Positions 35,313-48,373 are shown, counted from the first letter of the whole stretch. The stretch is DNA of 63,777 bases, filler included, from Aduncisulcus paluster (GCA_024181965.1; 34 parts of 34 records of this genome joined end to end with filler, not necessarily neighbours in it); one strand, 5' to 3'. The notes: generated from the letters alone by a model not told the origin. Made by a program: numbers and translations.

Positions 35313-36533
35313 TTTCTTGAAAAGATTTTCCCTTCTTTCCATCGAATTTTTTCCAGAAGGTGGAAGAAGTGGCCCGAAGACCGTTGTCTCCACACTTGTT
35401 TTGATGTTCTAATGAAAGCCTCCACGTCTCCATTGAGTTCTTCATGTTCCTTGATATTCACTTTCATAAAACCTTACCTTCGAAATTGGTTAAGGAAAGA
35501 TCCGAATTCAACGTTATTTGGATATTTGATGGTCATTTTGGGCAATATTACATGCTATGAACGTGAAAAATTACCGAACAAAGCTCTGTGTTCTGAATTG
35601 TGGCCTTTTGTTCAGCCGATATTAAAAATAGTTTGCGAATCCTTTGTCGGGAAGAAGATTTTTGGAACGATTGATGACGTTTCTCAAGTTTGTAATTTAC
35701 TTGATGAAGATCTTGAAGTAAGTACAGAACATTATCGGTTTAATGTTCTTCTGTTGCTCGCTAATTTATGTTGTGATCGCGAATTCTCTATAATAATATT
35801 TGATAGCATTGGGGAACTGTTGATTGGTTGGATTAAAATAATTAGAGAGAGGGATGATCTATTAGGAATGAAATATTGGTGTCAACTTATCACAAGACTT
35901 TCTGACAATCATCTTCTTATTGCGTACTTATCCCCAAAGTTTGATGAAATGATGAAATCTTGCGATGCTAAATTGTGTAAAAAGAAATCGTCGTCTTGGT
36001 ATAACAGGTTTCGATCAAATGTATTTTCTTATGATGCGTATTCTCATTTCTTGAGACTCATCCGTTCTATTCCCATGATAGCGACTATTCCGACGATTGA
36101 GACTTCTCCACGTCCTGATTTTGATGGACATTCATTCGGTTTACGTGTTTGTTCTTGGCTGAAGTATTATAGAAATAGTGATCGTCCTTCTTTTGAAGAT
36201 GTTACATATTTTGATCTTATCTCTGGAAAGAGAATGAATTATTCAATATGTAAAGTAATTCAATCCGGTGAATATTGTTATGAATTTAGCGATGATGAAA
36301 AGGAAAGAAAAAAAGACAAAAGATATAAAAGACATTCTTCTATTGCAAAATGTTTGCCTTCCAAACACCTTCTTGTTATAATGCCAGTCGCTGAGGAAAG
36401 ATCTTTACAACAACATATATATGATTTTATTGAACGAACCAGTGCTGGTGTTGAATTATTGTTTGAGGATTCCTTTTTTGAACCAAAATCACCCCAACAC
36501 AAAACACAAAATGATCAATGCGAAATTGTATAG
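35313..36533 (+). CDS. C-terminal part of a paralogue of the 17126-20689 helical-repeat family
   Basis: Shared IKPY.R.WLR, PNK.LCSE.WP, NLCCD, LSPK.D, IETS, D.ISGK, ERSL.Q..YD.IERT..GVE. Confidence 0.85.
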   Translation, partial: FLEKIFPSFHRIFSRRWKKWPEDRCLHTCFDVLMKASTSPLSSSCSLIFTFIKPYLRNWLRKDPNSTLFGYLMVILGNITCYEREKLPNKALCSELWPFVQPILKIVCESFVGKKIFGTIDDVSQVCNLLDEDLEVSTEHYRFNVLLLLANLCCDREFSIIIFDSIGELLIGWIKIIRERDDLLGMKYWCQLITRLSDNHLLIAYLSPKFDEMMKSCDAKLCKKKSSSWYNRFRSNVFSYDAYSHFLRLIRSIPMIATIPTIETSPRPDFDGHSFGLRVCSWLKYYRNSDRPSFEDVTYFDLISGKRMNYSICKVIQSGEYCYEFSDDEKERKKDKRYKRHSSIAKCLPSKHLLVIMPVAEERSLQQHIYDFIERTSAGVELLFEDSFFEPKSPQHKTQNDQCEIV

Positions 36534-37115
36534 AATATCGAGATAGAAGTGTCAAAAAATAATGCTAAAATCGAAGAATATTTCACTTTCGTTTCATTCA
36601 TTTCTAAAAATAGAAATTCTAAAAATAGAATTGTTTTTTCCAAAATCCATCTATAACGGGTAAATTGGTGTCTAAACTGCTGTAATGTTTGGCATTGTCC
36701 CTTTATTAGAATAGAACATCCCTTGTATAAAATAGATGGAGAAGATTTCTGTTGTTCTGATGGAAATGATCGAAATAATTGACCATTCTTCTCAATAAAT
36801 CCAAGAATCAAGGAGAGAATCCCAAACTATCCTCATTTCTGAAGACTCTCCAGTCGAGAGGTGTTCTGGTCCTAAAGTAGTCTCCTCAGCTTCAGAAAGA
36901 TCCCTTCAATCAGTGATTCAACATGAATTAAGATGCTTTTATTGTTGTGAATAGGGCCAAAGAATGGTCAAAAAAAAGAGATACTCATTCGAAAAGTCGT
37001 GAAGGCAGTGACCATCATCAGAATGTTTCAATGGCAGAAGAGAGATTCGTTCAGCAGCCAATAATTTCTATTGGCAGAGAAAAAAACAAGGGAGAAAAGC
37101 CACAACATCCTTGGA

Positions 37116-38210
37116 TTATTCCCATGGAAGGAGCGATAATCGTTCAATTATTTCACTTTCTTCGGGGATTGTAAATACAAGGGAGTGGATCAAGAAATCT
37201 CGACTATTCTTTTTATCCCACCTTCCTTTCCCTTCAATCTCACATAACACAACATTATCTAAATCAATAGGAAGAAAGTGCCATTCGTAATCATGTTCAG
37301 GTTCTGTGAATTCATACTTCTTGAATGTCTTCTTACCATCACAATCAGTGAAAGTGAAGAGAAGAGAGGGTGAACTCCAAGACGAATCCACACAGATATA
37401 AGCACCTTTCATTGGACTAGGTGATGGGAAAGGGATGGAAAGATGGGATAACCATACACCACATTCTCCTTTTAACATTCTTTGTGCTCGTAAACTCCTA
37501 TCATACCACTCAGATTCCTTACTCACCGAATCATCCTTGCACTTAACCATTGAGAATGAAGGAACTACAAGCTGTGGATCATCTCGTGGAACGGGAATAG
37601 AATCTCTACCTTCAGATTCTTCATCTCCTTCCTTAACAAACTCTGGTTTTACAACAGGAGCATCAGACCATAGTTTCTCTCTGGCTTCGCGAGATGTGAT
37701 TTCTTCATGAGTTTCTTCTCTACTAATGAAAACAAGGGATTGGATGTTAAAATACTCTTCCTCTCTTCCTTTCCCTGTAATCTCACACAAAACAACATCA
37801 GGGAGATCGACAGGAAGAAAATACCAATGCCAACCTTCAAATTCAGGAAATTCGTATTTCTTGGATGTTTTCTCACCCTTTGAAGATGTAAGAGTGAAGG
37901 TAAGATGTGATGGAGGTGAGATATAAAACCATAGACAGATATAAGCCCCTTTCATTGGGGAACATGAGGAGAAAGGAATGGAGATATGGGTAAACAATCC
38001 AGCATTAAACTCTCCTCTCATCATATCTTGTGCTTTAACACTTTGATCGTACTCTTCGTCATCTTCTTCCTTGGTTTCATTGATTCCCGTGATAGTTGGA
38101 AATTCTGGATTCTTAACATTGGGTGAATCTATAGGAATTGGACAGCATCCGTAATCTCCTTCATGAATAAACTCTGGTTTTACAATTTGTATATCGGTCG
38201 AAGAACTCAT
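37116..38210 (-). CDS. Lineage-specific protein made of two tandem ~175-aa beta-rich domains
   Basis: Internal repeat VKPEF..EGD...P.P.D.P...AQ.M..GE...H.SIPF.S.SPMKGAYIC...KKYEF.E...W.FLP.DL..VVLCEI.GKG...I.SLVF. Confidence 0.85.
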   Translation of the reverse strand: MSSSTDIQIVKPEFIHEGDYGCCPIPIDSPNVKNPEFPTITGINETKEEDDEEYDQSVKAQDMMRGEFNAGLFTHISIPFSSCSPMKGAYICLWFYISPPSHLTFTLTSSKGEKTSKKYEFPEFEGWHWYFLPVDLPDVVLCEITGKGREEEYFNIQSLVFISREETHEEITSREAREKLWSDAPVVKPEFVKEGDEESEGRDSIPVPRDDPQLVVPSFSMVKCKDDSVSKESEWYDRSLRAQRMLKGECGVWLSHLSIPFPSPSPMKGAYICVDSSWSSPSLLFTFTDCDGKKTFKKYEFTEPEHDYEWHFLPIDLDNVVLCEIEGKGRWDKKNSRDFLIHSLVFTIPEESEIIERLSLLPWE

Positions 38211-39149
38211 TGACAATGGAAAAAAGTCGGGATCTTAAAAAAATATAAAACAAAAATTTCATTACAATACAGTCAATATAATTGCATGACATCGCATAAA
38301 ATATGTCTTGATGCGCATTTAATGAAATGTGTGACATACAGTAAATCTTGAATTGCTTGCAACGAAGGAAAAGCAGAAGACGAAAACACAAAGTCGCGAA
38401 TGACAACCTCAGGAAGCAATATCATACAATATATAAATAAATTTATATGGTCATTTTTCTTTCTATCATATATTGCATGCCATCCTTGTGAGTCCACTCC
38501 TGACACGAAATCGTTTCAATGAAACGGTTTCATAACTTCGACATTTGTTTACATAGTGGATTATAAAGTGACAAAATATGCTGATAAGTTGCAGTTGAAA
38601 TCTATGAATTTTGTGAATATATCATCGACTTCTTGGCAGAGAAGCTATTCTTCTGGTTTTCTTTGCTTCTCGAATCGTTCTCACTCTTCTCTGCTGAGCA
38701 TGTTCTGCTCGATTGATAATAACTAATTCAGTTTATTATTTGTTTATTATTTGTTTTCTTTCGCTTTTAATTCCTTACTAAGATGTCTTCGAAAGGAATT
38801 AACAACATTTATCAACACAACTTCTTGTTCGAATCATTGGTGATCTATGACCCACCCCCCATCCAAAGTGATCGTTAACTCGTTCAGCCCAATGCGTGTT
38901 GGATCTCTGCTGCTAAGTTCTAGTTGTAGTCTATGAATATTAGTCCTTTATGTTTCAAATGTTGGATAAGTTATCGGATAAGTGTTATCCATCGTCTTCC
39001 TGACTCCCGACATTTGTCATCCCTATTTGAATTATAAAGTTCTTCCCTCNNNNNNNNNNNNNNNNNNNNNNNNNNNNNNNNNNNNNNNNNNNNTTAATTA
39101 ATTAANNNNNNNNNNNNNNNNNNNNNNNNNNNNNNNNNNNNNNNNNNNN

Positions 39150-39975
39150 TTTGTAGAGAAATTGGAATAGGAGAGTGCCCAATTCCTCTTGATGATCCCG
39201 AACTTGTTAAACCGGACTTTCCAAGTATTACTGGTAGTCTTTATACTACAGATTCTGAAGGAAATACAGAGGATGATAAAGAGCTTCCAGAGGTGAAGCA
39301 AAACATATTTTTCAGGGAATCAAGAATAACGACTTGTTTTCAATCATGAGTGGTAATTTTGATCCACCTGCCACAATTAAAGGTGCTTCCGTCTGTATTC
39401 AGATTGGTCAAAAATCAAGATTGACTTATTCACCACCCGACAAAGTTTCCTTGAAATTTACTATTAGACACAACACAATTGATGGAGTAGCAGTAGAAGC
39501 AGAGTCTTATGAATTTATTGATCAACCCAAGACATGGTCTGAGAAAGTTCAAGAGTTTGCTTGGTATTATCTCCCTGTTGATTTGGATAGTGTTTCTCGC
39601 TGTAGTGTCACGGGGACAACTTCTGGAGAAGAAACCTTCAGAATCTCCTCTCTTCTTTTCACAAGGGAGGAGATAAGCATTCCCAAGAAAGTAATCCATG
39701 AAGAGAAGGGATATGGAGACTCTCACATTCTTCGACAAAACAAGAACAAGAGGTTACTGAAGTCAAAGAAGTCAAAGAAGCCAAAGAAGGAGGATGTTTC
39801 TCCTGTTAAAGTTGTGTATCTTTGTATGCTTGAAAAGTATCCGTGTTCCTTGCGCATTGTTATTCGTTTTCCTACTGGGATATTTCGTTTGTTTTTGTGC
39901 TCTATTTGCTTCTGTATTATTGTTCTAAATTTCTATTTTAATAAAATAATTTTATTTCCTTTACTGCAGTCTTAG
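39150..39975 (+). pseudogene. Frameshifted divergent member of the 37116-38210 family
   Basis: ECPIPLDDPELVKPDFPSITG in one frame; IKGASVCI...WYYLPVDLDSV..C.VTG...ISSLLFTREE in another; shift at about 39310. Confidence 0.65.
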
Positions 39976-40638
39976 GAGGCTTAACCTTTGGGAAAAGAAT
40001 GTCCCTTTTTATATTATATTAATATTAATTTTATCAAAGCTGAAATAAACCGCCACGGCATCATTATAAGGATTTTACGATTTGATTTGCCTTAACGGCG
40101 ATCTCGAGTGCAGATCCAATATCAACCGAATTGAAATATGTTTAACATAATAGTTTTACAGAGAATATAATGATTAAATCTTTGAACTAATGCTCAAACT
40201 TGTAGAAATCGTTGTCTTGAAATTGTGTCATCTTCCAGTTGACAAATATATCATATAATTGCTATTTCTAACTTACAGCAACATTAAGGCCTGTAAAACT
40301 GAAATATCATTTTCTTCATCACCATCGGATTTGGAAGAGGTACATCGGATGTATTTCTTGTGTGTTTTCTTGACAATCACATCAAATGAAGACTTGTAAA
40401 ATATATAGAGATGATTCTGAGATAGCCTCTTTTCAGATTTCAGCGACAGAAACCATCGAAAGTGTTCTAAAACGTTCTCGTTTTGCCATTGATTCATTGG
40501 GTGAGAGATTATCACTTCCTTCCTCTCTCACTTCATTTNNNNNNNNNNNNNNNNNNNNNNNNNNNNNNNNNNNNNNNNNNNNTTAATTAATTAANNNNNN
40601 NNNNNNNNNNNNNNNNNNNNNNNNNNNNNNNNNNNNNN

Positions 40639-40981
40639 CCAGCTTCTGCACTGGGGTTTCACTGATGTCGGAAGGAAAATCACCACTTCTACGACTTCTC
40701 ACTGTTTCGGCTCCTGAAACGCTTTCACGATCTTCCACTAGGCGCTGCTCCATTGTACCATCGGAATAAATTGTTGTAGTCACGTTAGGTCCATGTTTTT
40801 CACCATCATCAACCTGTTCATCATCTTCGGACGGAACTTCTTTTTCAGTAGAATTCACGGTAGTAGTAGGTGTTTCTGTCACCTTAGACTGTTCCAAATC
40901 ACTGTTTTGGGTTGATATTCCCTCGGCACGGGTCACTGCTTGTTGTTCCAACTGTTTCTGAGATCTCGTTAAAACAACCAT
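40639..40981 (-). mobile_element. Retrotransposon gag-like ORF start (low-complexity N-terminus)
   Basis: MVVLTRSQ start typical of gypsy gag; lies 43 nt after the LTR palindrome. Confidence 0.6.
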
Positions 40982-41037
40982 AATTTTTCACTGTACACGG
41001 TTAGTTTAAAATTCGTATTATGGAATTTTGATCAAAA

Positions 41038-41127
41038 TGTGGTATTACGTATAATAAACGATTTACAATTTATTGATATGACAGTTCACCGAACGTGTCT
41101 ATTTATAGATCCTGAGACATTACCACA
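41038..41127 (-). mobile_element. 5' LTR, 90 bp (TGTGGTA...TACCACA), followed by palindrome ATTTTGATCAAAAT (41025-41038)
   Basis: 7-bp inverted termini; TCTCAGGATCTATAAATAG and AATAAATTG at the same relative positions as in the other LTRs. Confidence 0.82.
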
Positions 41128-41973
41128 ATGGAAAGTCGCGAATAGAAATATTTAAATCTTATTTTCCAGAGATACAAAAACGAATTCAAAGTCATGTTAG
41201 TACCCTTTTTGGTGGATTAAAATACCGATATCTTATGTCTAAGGGAGATGACAATTTAAATGAGGAGAAGGAATGTGAGCTTATAAAACTCTGTGAGCTT
41301 CTAAACCTTTGTTTGTCTCCTCCGAAAGATTCTGAAACATTTGAAGAATGTTCATTGGTTTGTCGCGGATCATTCATACTTTTTGCGGATATTTTATCCC
41401 ATATTGTTAACAAATATTGGAAAAACTCCAGGGTTGTGGTTCAAATACTGACATATTTTGTTCAATTCTATCAATGTCCATATTTTGACTCTACGAAGGA
41501 TTCTCTTGATCATCCATATCTTGACGATCCCTCTACTCCACGTTATATTACAAAGTTCTATTCTTTACTTCTGAAGAATTATTCAAACTGGTTTTCGCTT
41601 CACCTTCCTGACTCTTCTTCCTCCATCTCTCTGATATCCACTCTTTCACAGTTATTTCGACCTCTATACTATATTTTGCATGCTGAAAGTGAGAATTTAT
41701 CCACATTATTTCAAATTCTCCTATCGTTGACTCGATCGTCGATTTCAAATGTTCAGGATCTTGTTTGTATATCGAAATCTATTTCATTTGTCCTAGAAAT
41801 GGCCACTGTCGAGTATTCTTCTGTGCATTTGTTTGTTATTTGGAATATTTTGTCCAATATATTGAATCATTATACATCAAATTACAAGATCATTCTCGAT
41901 GCCATTTCCATTGAGTATAGAAAATGTGGCATGTTTGACGATGGATCAATGTTAACACAATCATTATTTGATC
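41128..41973 (+). CDS. Host helical protein of unknown function, apparently interrupted at its 5' side by the LTR element
   Basis: The frame of ORF 41235 stays open upstream up to the LTR boundary (GKSRIEIFKSYFPEIQKR...). Confidence 0.55.
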
Positions 41974-42073
41974 NNNNNNNNNNNNNNNNNNNNNNNNNNN
42001 NNNNNNNNNNNNNNNNNTTAATTAATTAANNNNNNNNNNNNNNNNNNNNNNNNNNNNNNNNNNNNNNNNNNNN

Positions 42074-42691
42074 ACAAAAGAACAATTGAGTCTCATCAAA
42101 GATAGGGTTCAACAATGTGAACAAAAAGAGGAAGAAACTGCCAAAGCTGTGGAAAATAATAAGAAATATATGTCCTCTAATTCCGATAATAGCAAGGAAG
42201 AGTTCGAAAGACTTGAAGGCAAGTTGGCCATTGTAGGTGATCGAGTTACTTTGGTGGAAAAAGATGGCGAAATCATGTCAGATCGAGCCAAAACCATTGA
42301 AAGGAAGATTGCCATCCTTGAAGGTAAAGTTGCCGTGGGAACAAAAGAAAGAGAAGATATTGTTTCTTCCACCAAACGATTGGGAGATCTGTGTTCAACA
42401 AATCGTTCTGAAATTGCCCATACAAAAGTATCTATGCGTAAACTTACCGAAAATCTAACAAAGAAAATGACCGAATTGAGCACTGCCGTTTCGATGCAAA
42501 ACAAAGCTCTTGAGAAAAAATTCATTAGTCTTCTAACAGAAGATCCAAATTTTGCAAGACTTTCGGAGGCAAGATTCTTTGCTCTGGAAACAAGAATGAA
42601 GAAAGAAGAAGATTGTCGGATAACTTCACAGCTTGGACTTGAAAAAGACATGAAATCTGTTGTCACTGCAATTAGGAAGAAAATAGTATGA
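42074..42691 (+). CDS. Coiled-coil protein, C-terminal part
   Basis: Heptad-rich ORF with stop at 42691 followed by an AT-rich UTR. Confidence 0.65.
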   Translation, partial: TKEQLSLIKDRVQQCEQKEEETAKAVENNKKYMSSNSDNSKEEFERLEGKLAIVGDRVTLVEKDGEIMSDRAKTIERKIAILEGKVAVGTKEREDIVSSTKRLGDLCSTNRSEIAHTKVSMRKLTENLTKKMTELSTAVSMQNKALEKKFISLLTEDPNFARLSEARFFALETRMKKEEDCRITSQLGLEKDMKSVVTAIRKKIV

Positions 42692-43088
42692 TATTTAAAA
42701 TATTTTGAAAATAATTATTTTCAGTATTTTTATTAAAAAATTAATCATTTCAATGAGATGATCTCATGTAGTACAATGTACATGACATGTACTGTACTGA
42801 TTTTTCCTTGCCAAATTGAATTGGAAGATTTGGGGCTCAAGGATTTGGCATTCAAATTGCTCAAAAATAAATGATTCAGATCGTAACATATACATTTGGC
42901 ATGTGACACATAGATTCGATGTATAGATTGTATCACATTGCTGTCACGTCAAGTTCCCAACGGTTGAGAACAGACGCCATCTACAAGAACAGATAACCTT
43001 AAACATTTCTTTGCTTGGCACATAGTTGTTTGTTTGACACATTATAACATTCTAACAACTACACGACCGAAGGTACTGGCAGAGAAAT

Positions 43089-43590
43089 CTATCTGGCAGA
43101 GAATTTATCTTTGAGTGCTTGCAATCCAAATGGCGCATCTTCTTCCTCCTCTCTTCCTCCTCGAGCAGTTAAAGCTTCTTCCACTTTATCATCCAATGTT
43201 GCACGATACCTTGCCGAAAGCATAGGTAATGAATTCATATTAACGGACAATCCCACCGAGCCATTTCCACCTTCTTTAAAAATACGGATTAATTCTTCAG
43301 TGATTATTCCGCGTGCTGAATCCAATTCACTTTGAATCACAGCTTGAACATCCTGCGAAAATGACTCACTGAGTGTACGCAAGAGACCAAGCTGTTTCGA
43401 AGGATGGAATACAGATGGAGCTGAAGGTCTTGATAACACCCAGGCTCTGGCATAAGAAAGAAAAGAATCAAAGTTAAGGAGAAGAGTGTTCGTATCCTTA
43501 TCTTCTTCAAGAGAATCATTAAGAGATGAAAAACTTTCTCGAATCAACGCTATCCATGATTGGTCAACATAACTACCAAGTTTGATCTTT
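43089..43590 (-). CDS. Hypothetical protein, C-terminal part
   Basis: Open frame from the contig end to a stop at 43089. Confidence 0.5.
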
Positions 43591-44467
43591 NNNNNNNNNN
43601 NNNNNNNNNNNNNNNNNNNNNNNNNNNNNNNNNNTTAATTAATTAANNNNNNNNNNNNNNNNNNNNNNNNNNNNNNNNNNNNNNNNNNNNAATATTTAAG
43701 AGAGTCACAGTAACAAAGAGCATTTTTTCAATCTGACTTGCATGAGTCTTCATTTCAATTTGACTTGTTTTGTCTTCTTCGTCTTTCTCTTGGTATGATC
43801 TTTTTTGAACAAGTTCAATTTTCTTTTCCAGACTCACGATTTCTTTGTCGAGGATATCTAATGATTTTGATAATATTTCCATCTGGTTGCAATCAACTCG
43901 GGGATGTTCCTCTCCGAAAATAATCCCTTTCTCGTATTCTTTATTATTGGTGTTGAATCGAATCACAATAATTATATTTTAGTGCAAAAGACCATAATTT
44001 TGTTTTTGCTTGGCTTGTTGATTCTGAATTTCCTTTTCATGCTTATCGAATCTTCATAAATAATATCCGGCATTCTCTGAAACATCGAATTACGACTAAG
44101 CAAAGATTAGGCAAAGAAAATACTTTATTAGACACATGTTTATGATTCTTATTGACGTCAACTCTGGGTCTGAGTTGAAGAACTCCAATATAATATTTAT
44201 CTATTCAAGACGACAAAAGAGAAAGAGATATAATGATCTATGTGTCTACCACAGCACATGATATACAGACACTAACTGTGCCAACAACCAATACTCAGTC
44301 ACTCTATGATTGAGTCGATCGAAAAGGGTAGGGGAAACATATGAGTTGAAAGAGATGAAAAAAACTATAGAAATGATGAGGAGATTCTCCTAAAGAATGA
44401 ACAATCCAAAGTGTTTAACAATGTTAACAATGCTGATAATAAAAGATATCGAACGAATAACAACACC

Positions 44468-45214
44468 TTAAAACTCGTCAGGAAGCAGACTGATGGGACT
44501 CTGCTGATCAATTGATTCGTGCTCAGTTCCAGAGATGTCTGCCTTCAGCATTCCATCATAAGGGTTCTCCAAAGAATCGGGGTGGATATCATGAGTCAAA
44601 GAAGATGGTGCTCCGAAGGAAAGACGCTCTTCAAGCAAAATATCTCCGAGCTCAACAGTCTCCTTAATTTCTTCCTCCTCACCACGCTTACGTTTCTCGA
44701 TCACATGTGAAACGTAATCAATGACAACTCGCACGGCCACTGTATTATGGGTGTGGAAAGGAATGATCAAGTTTGCATGCATTTTGGAGGGTTCGATGAA
44801 TTGGTCATGGGAAGGTTTCACAGTGGAAAAATACTGTGTTAACACAGAGTGCAGATCTCTGCCACGGCTTGCGATGTCTCGTTTGATTCTCCTTGCAAGA
44901 CGAATGTCAGCATCAGTTTGGACATACACACGGATATCCAACAAGGGGCGCAAAGCATCATGGGAAAGCACAAGAATACCCTCAAGAATGATGACGGATG
45001 CATCGGAAATTTTTGTGGCCTTATCAACACGAGCTCTTGTGACAAAATCATAGTGTGGGATCCAAACATCATCACCGCGTCTGGCACGGGCGAGGGTTGA
45101 CATAAGAAGTGTCCAATCAAATGCGTTAGGATGGTCAAAGTTGTAAGAATCATGGTCATCAAAGGGCACTCCAGCGTGTGGCTTGTAGAAGGAATCCAAA
45201 CTTATGATATAGAC
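44468..45214 (-). CDS. UCK: Uridine-cytidine kinase (5'-partial)
   Basis: DSFYK, NFDHPNAFDW, IILEGIL, DADIRLARRIKRDI..RGR, VKP....FIEPSK..A.LIIP. Confidence 0.95.
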   Translation of the reverse strand, partial: VYIISLDSFYKPHAGVPFDDHDSYNFDHPNAFDWTLLMSTLARARRGDDVWIPHYDFVTRARVDKATKISDASVIILEGILVLSHDALRPLLDIRVYVQTDADIRLARRIKRDIASRGRDLHSVLTQYFSTVKPSHDQFIEPSKMHANLIIPFHTHNTVAVRVVIDYVSHVIEKRKRGEEEEIKETVELGDILLEERLSFGAPSSLTHDIHPDSLENPYDGMLKADISGTEHESIDQQSPISLLPDEF

Positions 45215-45314
45215 NNNNNNNNNNNNNNNNNNNNNNNNNNNNNNNNNNNNNNNNNNNNTTAATTAATTAANNNNNNNNNNNNNNNNNNNNNNNNNNNNNN
45301 NNNNNNNNNNNNNN

Positions 45315-46451
45315 TCCCTTGCCATTCTCAATATTAATGCGACATCCATTGTTTTGCCCGACACATCCGAGGCCACTCAGTTAATCCCCGACTCTTTGGT
45401 CCAACTGCGTATGTACGACACTGCTACTATCCAAGCAGGGTTTGACACTCAGGTCGGTTCGAGTCACCTTAGTGGTTTGAAGATGATTGATCTTGGAAAC
45501 ACAACATCCATCACTTCGATTGATTCTCTTAGTACATCCCTGGAGACACTGTACATTGCTGACACGACTTCAATTTCTGACCTTCAGCTCACTCTTAATT
45601 CTATGTCTTCGTTGCATAGTGTCAAGTTCGATAATATTGGTTTGTCTTCCATCCCTGACTTATCACTTTCCTCATCCACACTGATATCCATCAATCTCTC
45701 GAACAACAGTGACATCTCGTCTATATATCCCTTGGTTGAGCAAGGCTTGACTGCCATCGAGATGTTTATCTGTAACAACTGTTCCATTTCTGACCTGTCG
45801 CCACTGTCTTCAATGTCTGCCCTTAAAACATTTGAATGTATCAACTGTTCCATTTCTGACCTTTCCCCATTGTATTCCTTGCCAAACCTGCTGACCATAA
45901 ATGTTGTTGGCAATAACATCTGCATGGGTTCTGAGTCCACCGAAGATCTTGCTGGGAAGTTCCACAATTATGGAGATGCTGGGTTCAGGCTTGCTCTTGG
46001 GTCTGATCTTGCAACTGATCAAACGTGCGACTCTACTGGTTGTTCTTCGATCGCATATACCTCTGATTCCTCATGCACTCCGATCGCTGACAATCTTGTG
46101 TGCAGTGAGACAAAGCCTGGGTCTAACACATGGTATGTTGTGTGTGCCAGTGATTCATACACGTCATACACGTCTGCTGAGGACTTTTCATGCACTCAGC
46201 CAGATTCATCCACCACGAACTGTTTTGGAGGGTGTGAGTATGGATATGAGTGTAGATATCTTGGCGATGAAGTGGTTGGCACTGTTTCTTATTCTACTGG
46301 AGAGTGTCAGCAAGTGATCGTTGATGAGAACTTGCATGATTGTGTTGCTGATATGTTTGGCACAGATGCAAATGGAGATCCTGATTACACTCATAGAACA
46401 GCTACCTCTCCTTCCCTTTTCAGTGTTGCTTCGTTAAAAACTCTTGTATCT
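45315..46451 (+). CDS. LRR plus Cys-rich surface protein fragment
   Basis: NCSISDLSPL repeats; VCSET.P.S.TW.V.C.SDSY and GGCEYG.ECR shared with 53700-55227. Confidence 0.85.
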
Positions 46452-46552
46452 NNNNNNNNNNNNNNNNNNNNNNNNNNNNNNNNNNNNNNNNNNNNTTAAT
46501 TAATTAANNNNNNNNNNNNNNNNNNNNNNNNNNNNNNNNNNNNNNNNNNNNC

Positions 46553-47826
46553 ATGACATATTGTAACACCTCTCGTAAGTTGCTTGCATTCCTCAACTCA
46601 CTCTCATCATCGCCTTCCCTTCTCATTGCCACCACAAGGATGCATGGATGTGGATACGATGGGACTGTCGTGGCATCTGTGAAGTTGGAGATGGATCTTC
46701 CTAACCGACCGATGTCATTCTACATCTCTTACTCCTTGCTCGAGGCATGTCCCGGGGAGTTCCATTTCGGTGCGTTGTCATCGAACCTGTCTTCCCTCGT
46801 CTCCTCGTCCTCGCACGCATCTTCCTTGCCCGTGCTGTTCTGTGAATTGATGCAACGTTCGACTTCGTATAGCATGAAAGTGCTGAACCCTGAGGCTGCA
46901 CACATCATGAACAAGAGGAATGTCTCCATGAAGATCCGAGCCCTGAAGGAAGGTATAATGCATGCCATTGTTCGATCCTTGGAACAAGATGTTGTCAAGA
47001 AGTATTATGATAAACCAAAGCAATCGTCCGGTGAGTTGTTTGCTTCCTCCCGTCATGTTCAGTATCCATCCTCTGTTTCCTCCTCGTTGTTCCCCCATTC
47101 ATTCTCTGACACATTGGCACCACCACCACCGCAGCTCTCTTTGACATTGACCAAGAGGGGCGAAAGTAACATTGACCTCGACACATCTGTGAAGGAGGAG
47201 GAGGAAGGTGATGATGATGCGAATGATCGCAACGATGATGATGCTGTCGGGCAATCTATGGAAGGTATTAACACCCACTCATCTCGCTCCACCGAAAAGC
47301 AAGAAGAAGAAGCTCCCATCGCTGGTCATGTTTCCCTTGCACATCGCTCTGCTCTTGAGCATTATCTTGGCGTGTGCATGGATGAATGTGAGGTTGATAT
47401 CCAAAAGGTTCGAGACGGGATCGGTAACGTTTTGCGTGAGGAACGTTATATGAAAGAGGCCAGCCTGCGGAATGTGTGGAAGATGCATAAGGATGACCTC
47501 AAGGACGACCTCAAGGATGACCTCAAGGACGAAGAGCATGAGAGTATGTCCGTCCCATTGTCATCTACAGGTATGTTTGATAAGCATTGTGGATGGTATG
47601 TCTGTGGGTGTGAGGCTGCCTCGAGTCCTCATGATGGTGTTACTTCCTTGTCTGCACAGGGGCTGCACTGTCTTCGTGTCACTGATGTCAACATGCGGGA
47701 GCAGAGGGTATCATTCTTGGTGATTCTCATGTATAACAACCCTGAGTATCGCTGTGTGGATGTCAGTGACTCTACCCTTGCGGACCTGTTCATTCCCCCA
47801 TTGTCATCGCTGCCACAGCTTTGCAA
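46553..47826 (+). CDS. Hypothetical protein (internal fragment)
   Basis: Frame of about 425 codons open across the whole contig; no recognised motif. Confidence 0.6.
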
Positions 47827-48373
47827 NNNNNNNNNNNNNNNNNNNNNNNNNNNNNNNNNNNNNNNNNNNNTTAATTAATTAANNNNNNNNNNNNNNNNNN
47901 NNNNNNNNNNNNNNNNNNNNNNNNNNGTATTAAATCTTGTTTTCTTAAATTATATCTTTTCAGATAAATACATAATAACAAACACTAAAATCGAGTTTGC
48001 TTAGCTTACAGCGTTTCAAAAAGCCTGGAGGAGAAGGAGAAGAGGACTGGTCGACCATAAATCGAAAGTCCACCATTAAAATTGGAAATACTATTTTTCC
48101 CTCAGGTTTCAATGACAATTATAAAAGAAAACAGGTTAAAATAACTTATACATGAAGAAAAAACAAAAATAATTAACAGACCAACAAGATTTCAAGCAAA
48201 CAAAGGAAAAAATTTCATTTTTGCTAAAAGTTATTCTGATATCTATGAAATCCGACACAGAGAAATAACTAATAATAATGTTGTTATTTATGTAATTAAA
48301 TTCGAGATAACTGTAGGTAACACCATAATTTTCTATCAAATATGTTTAGTCTAAAATATTATTAATTCAATTT

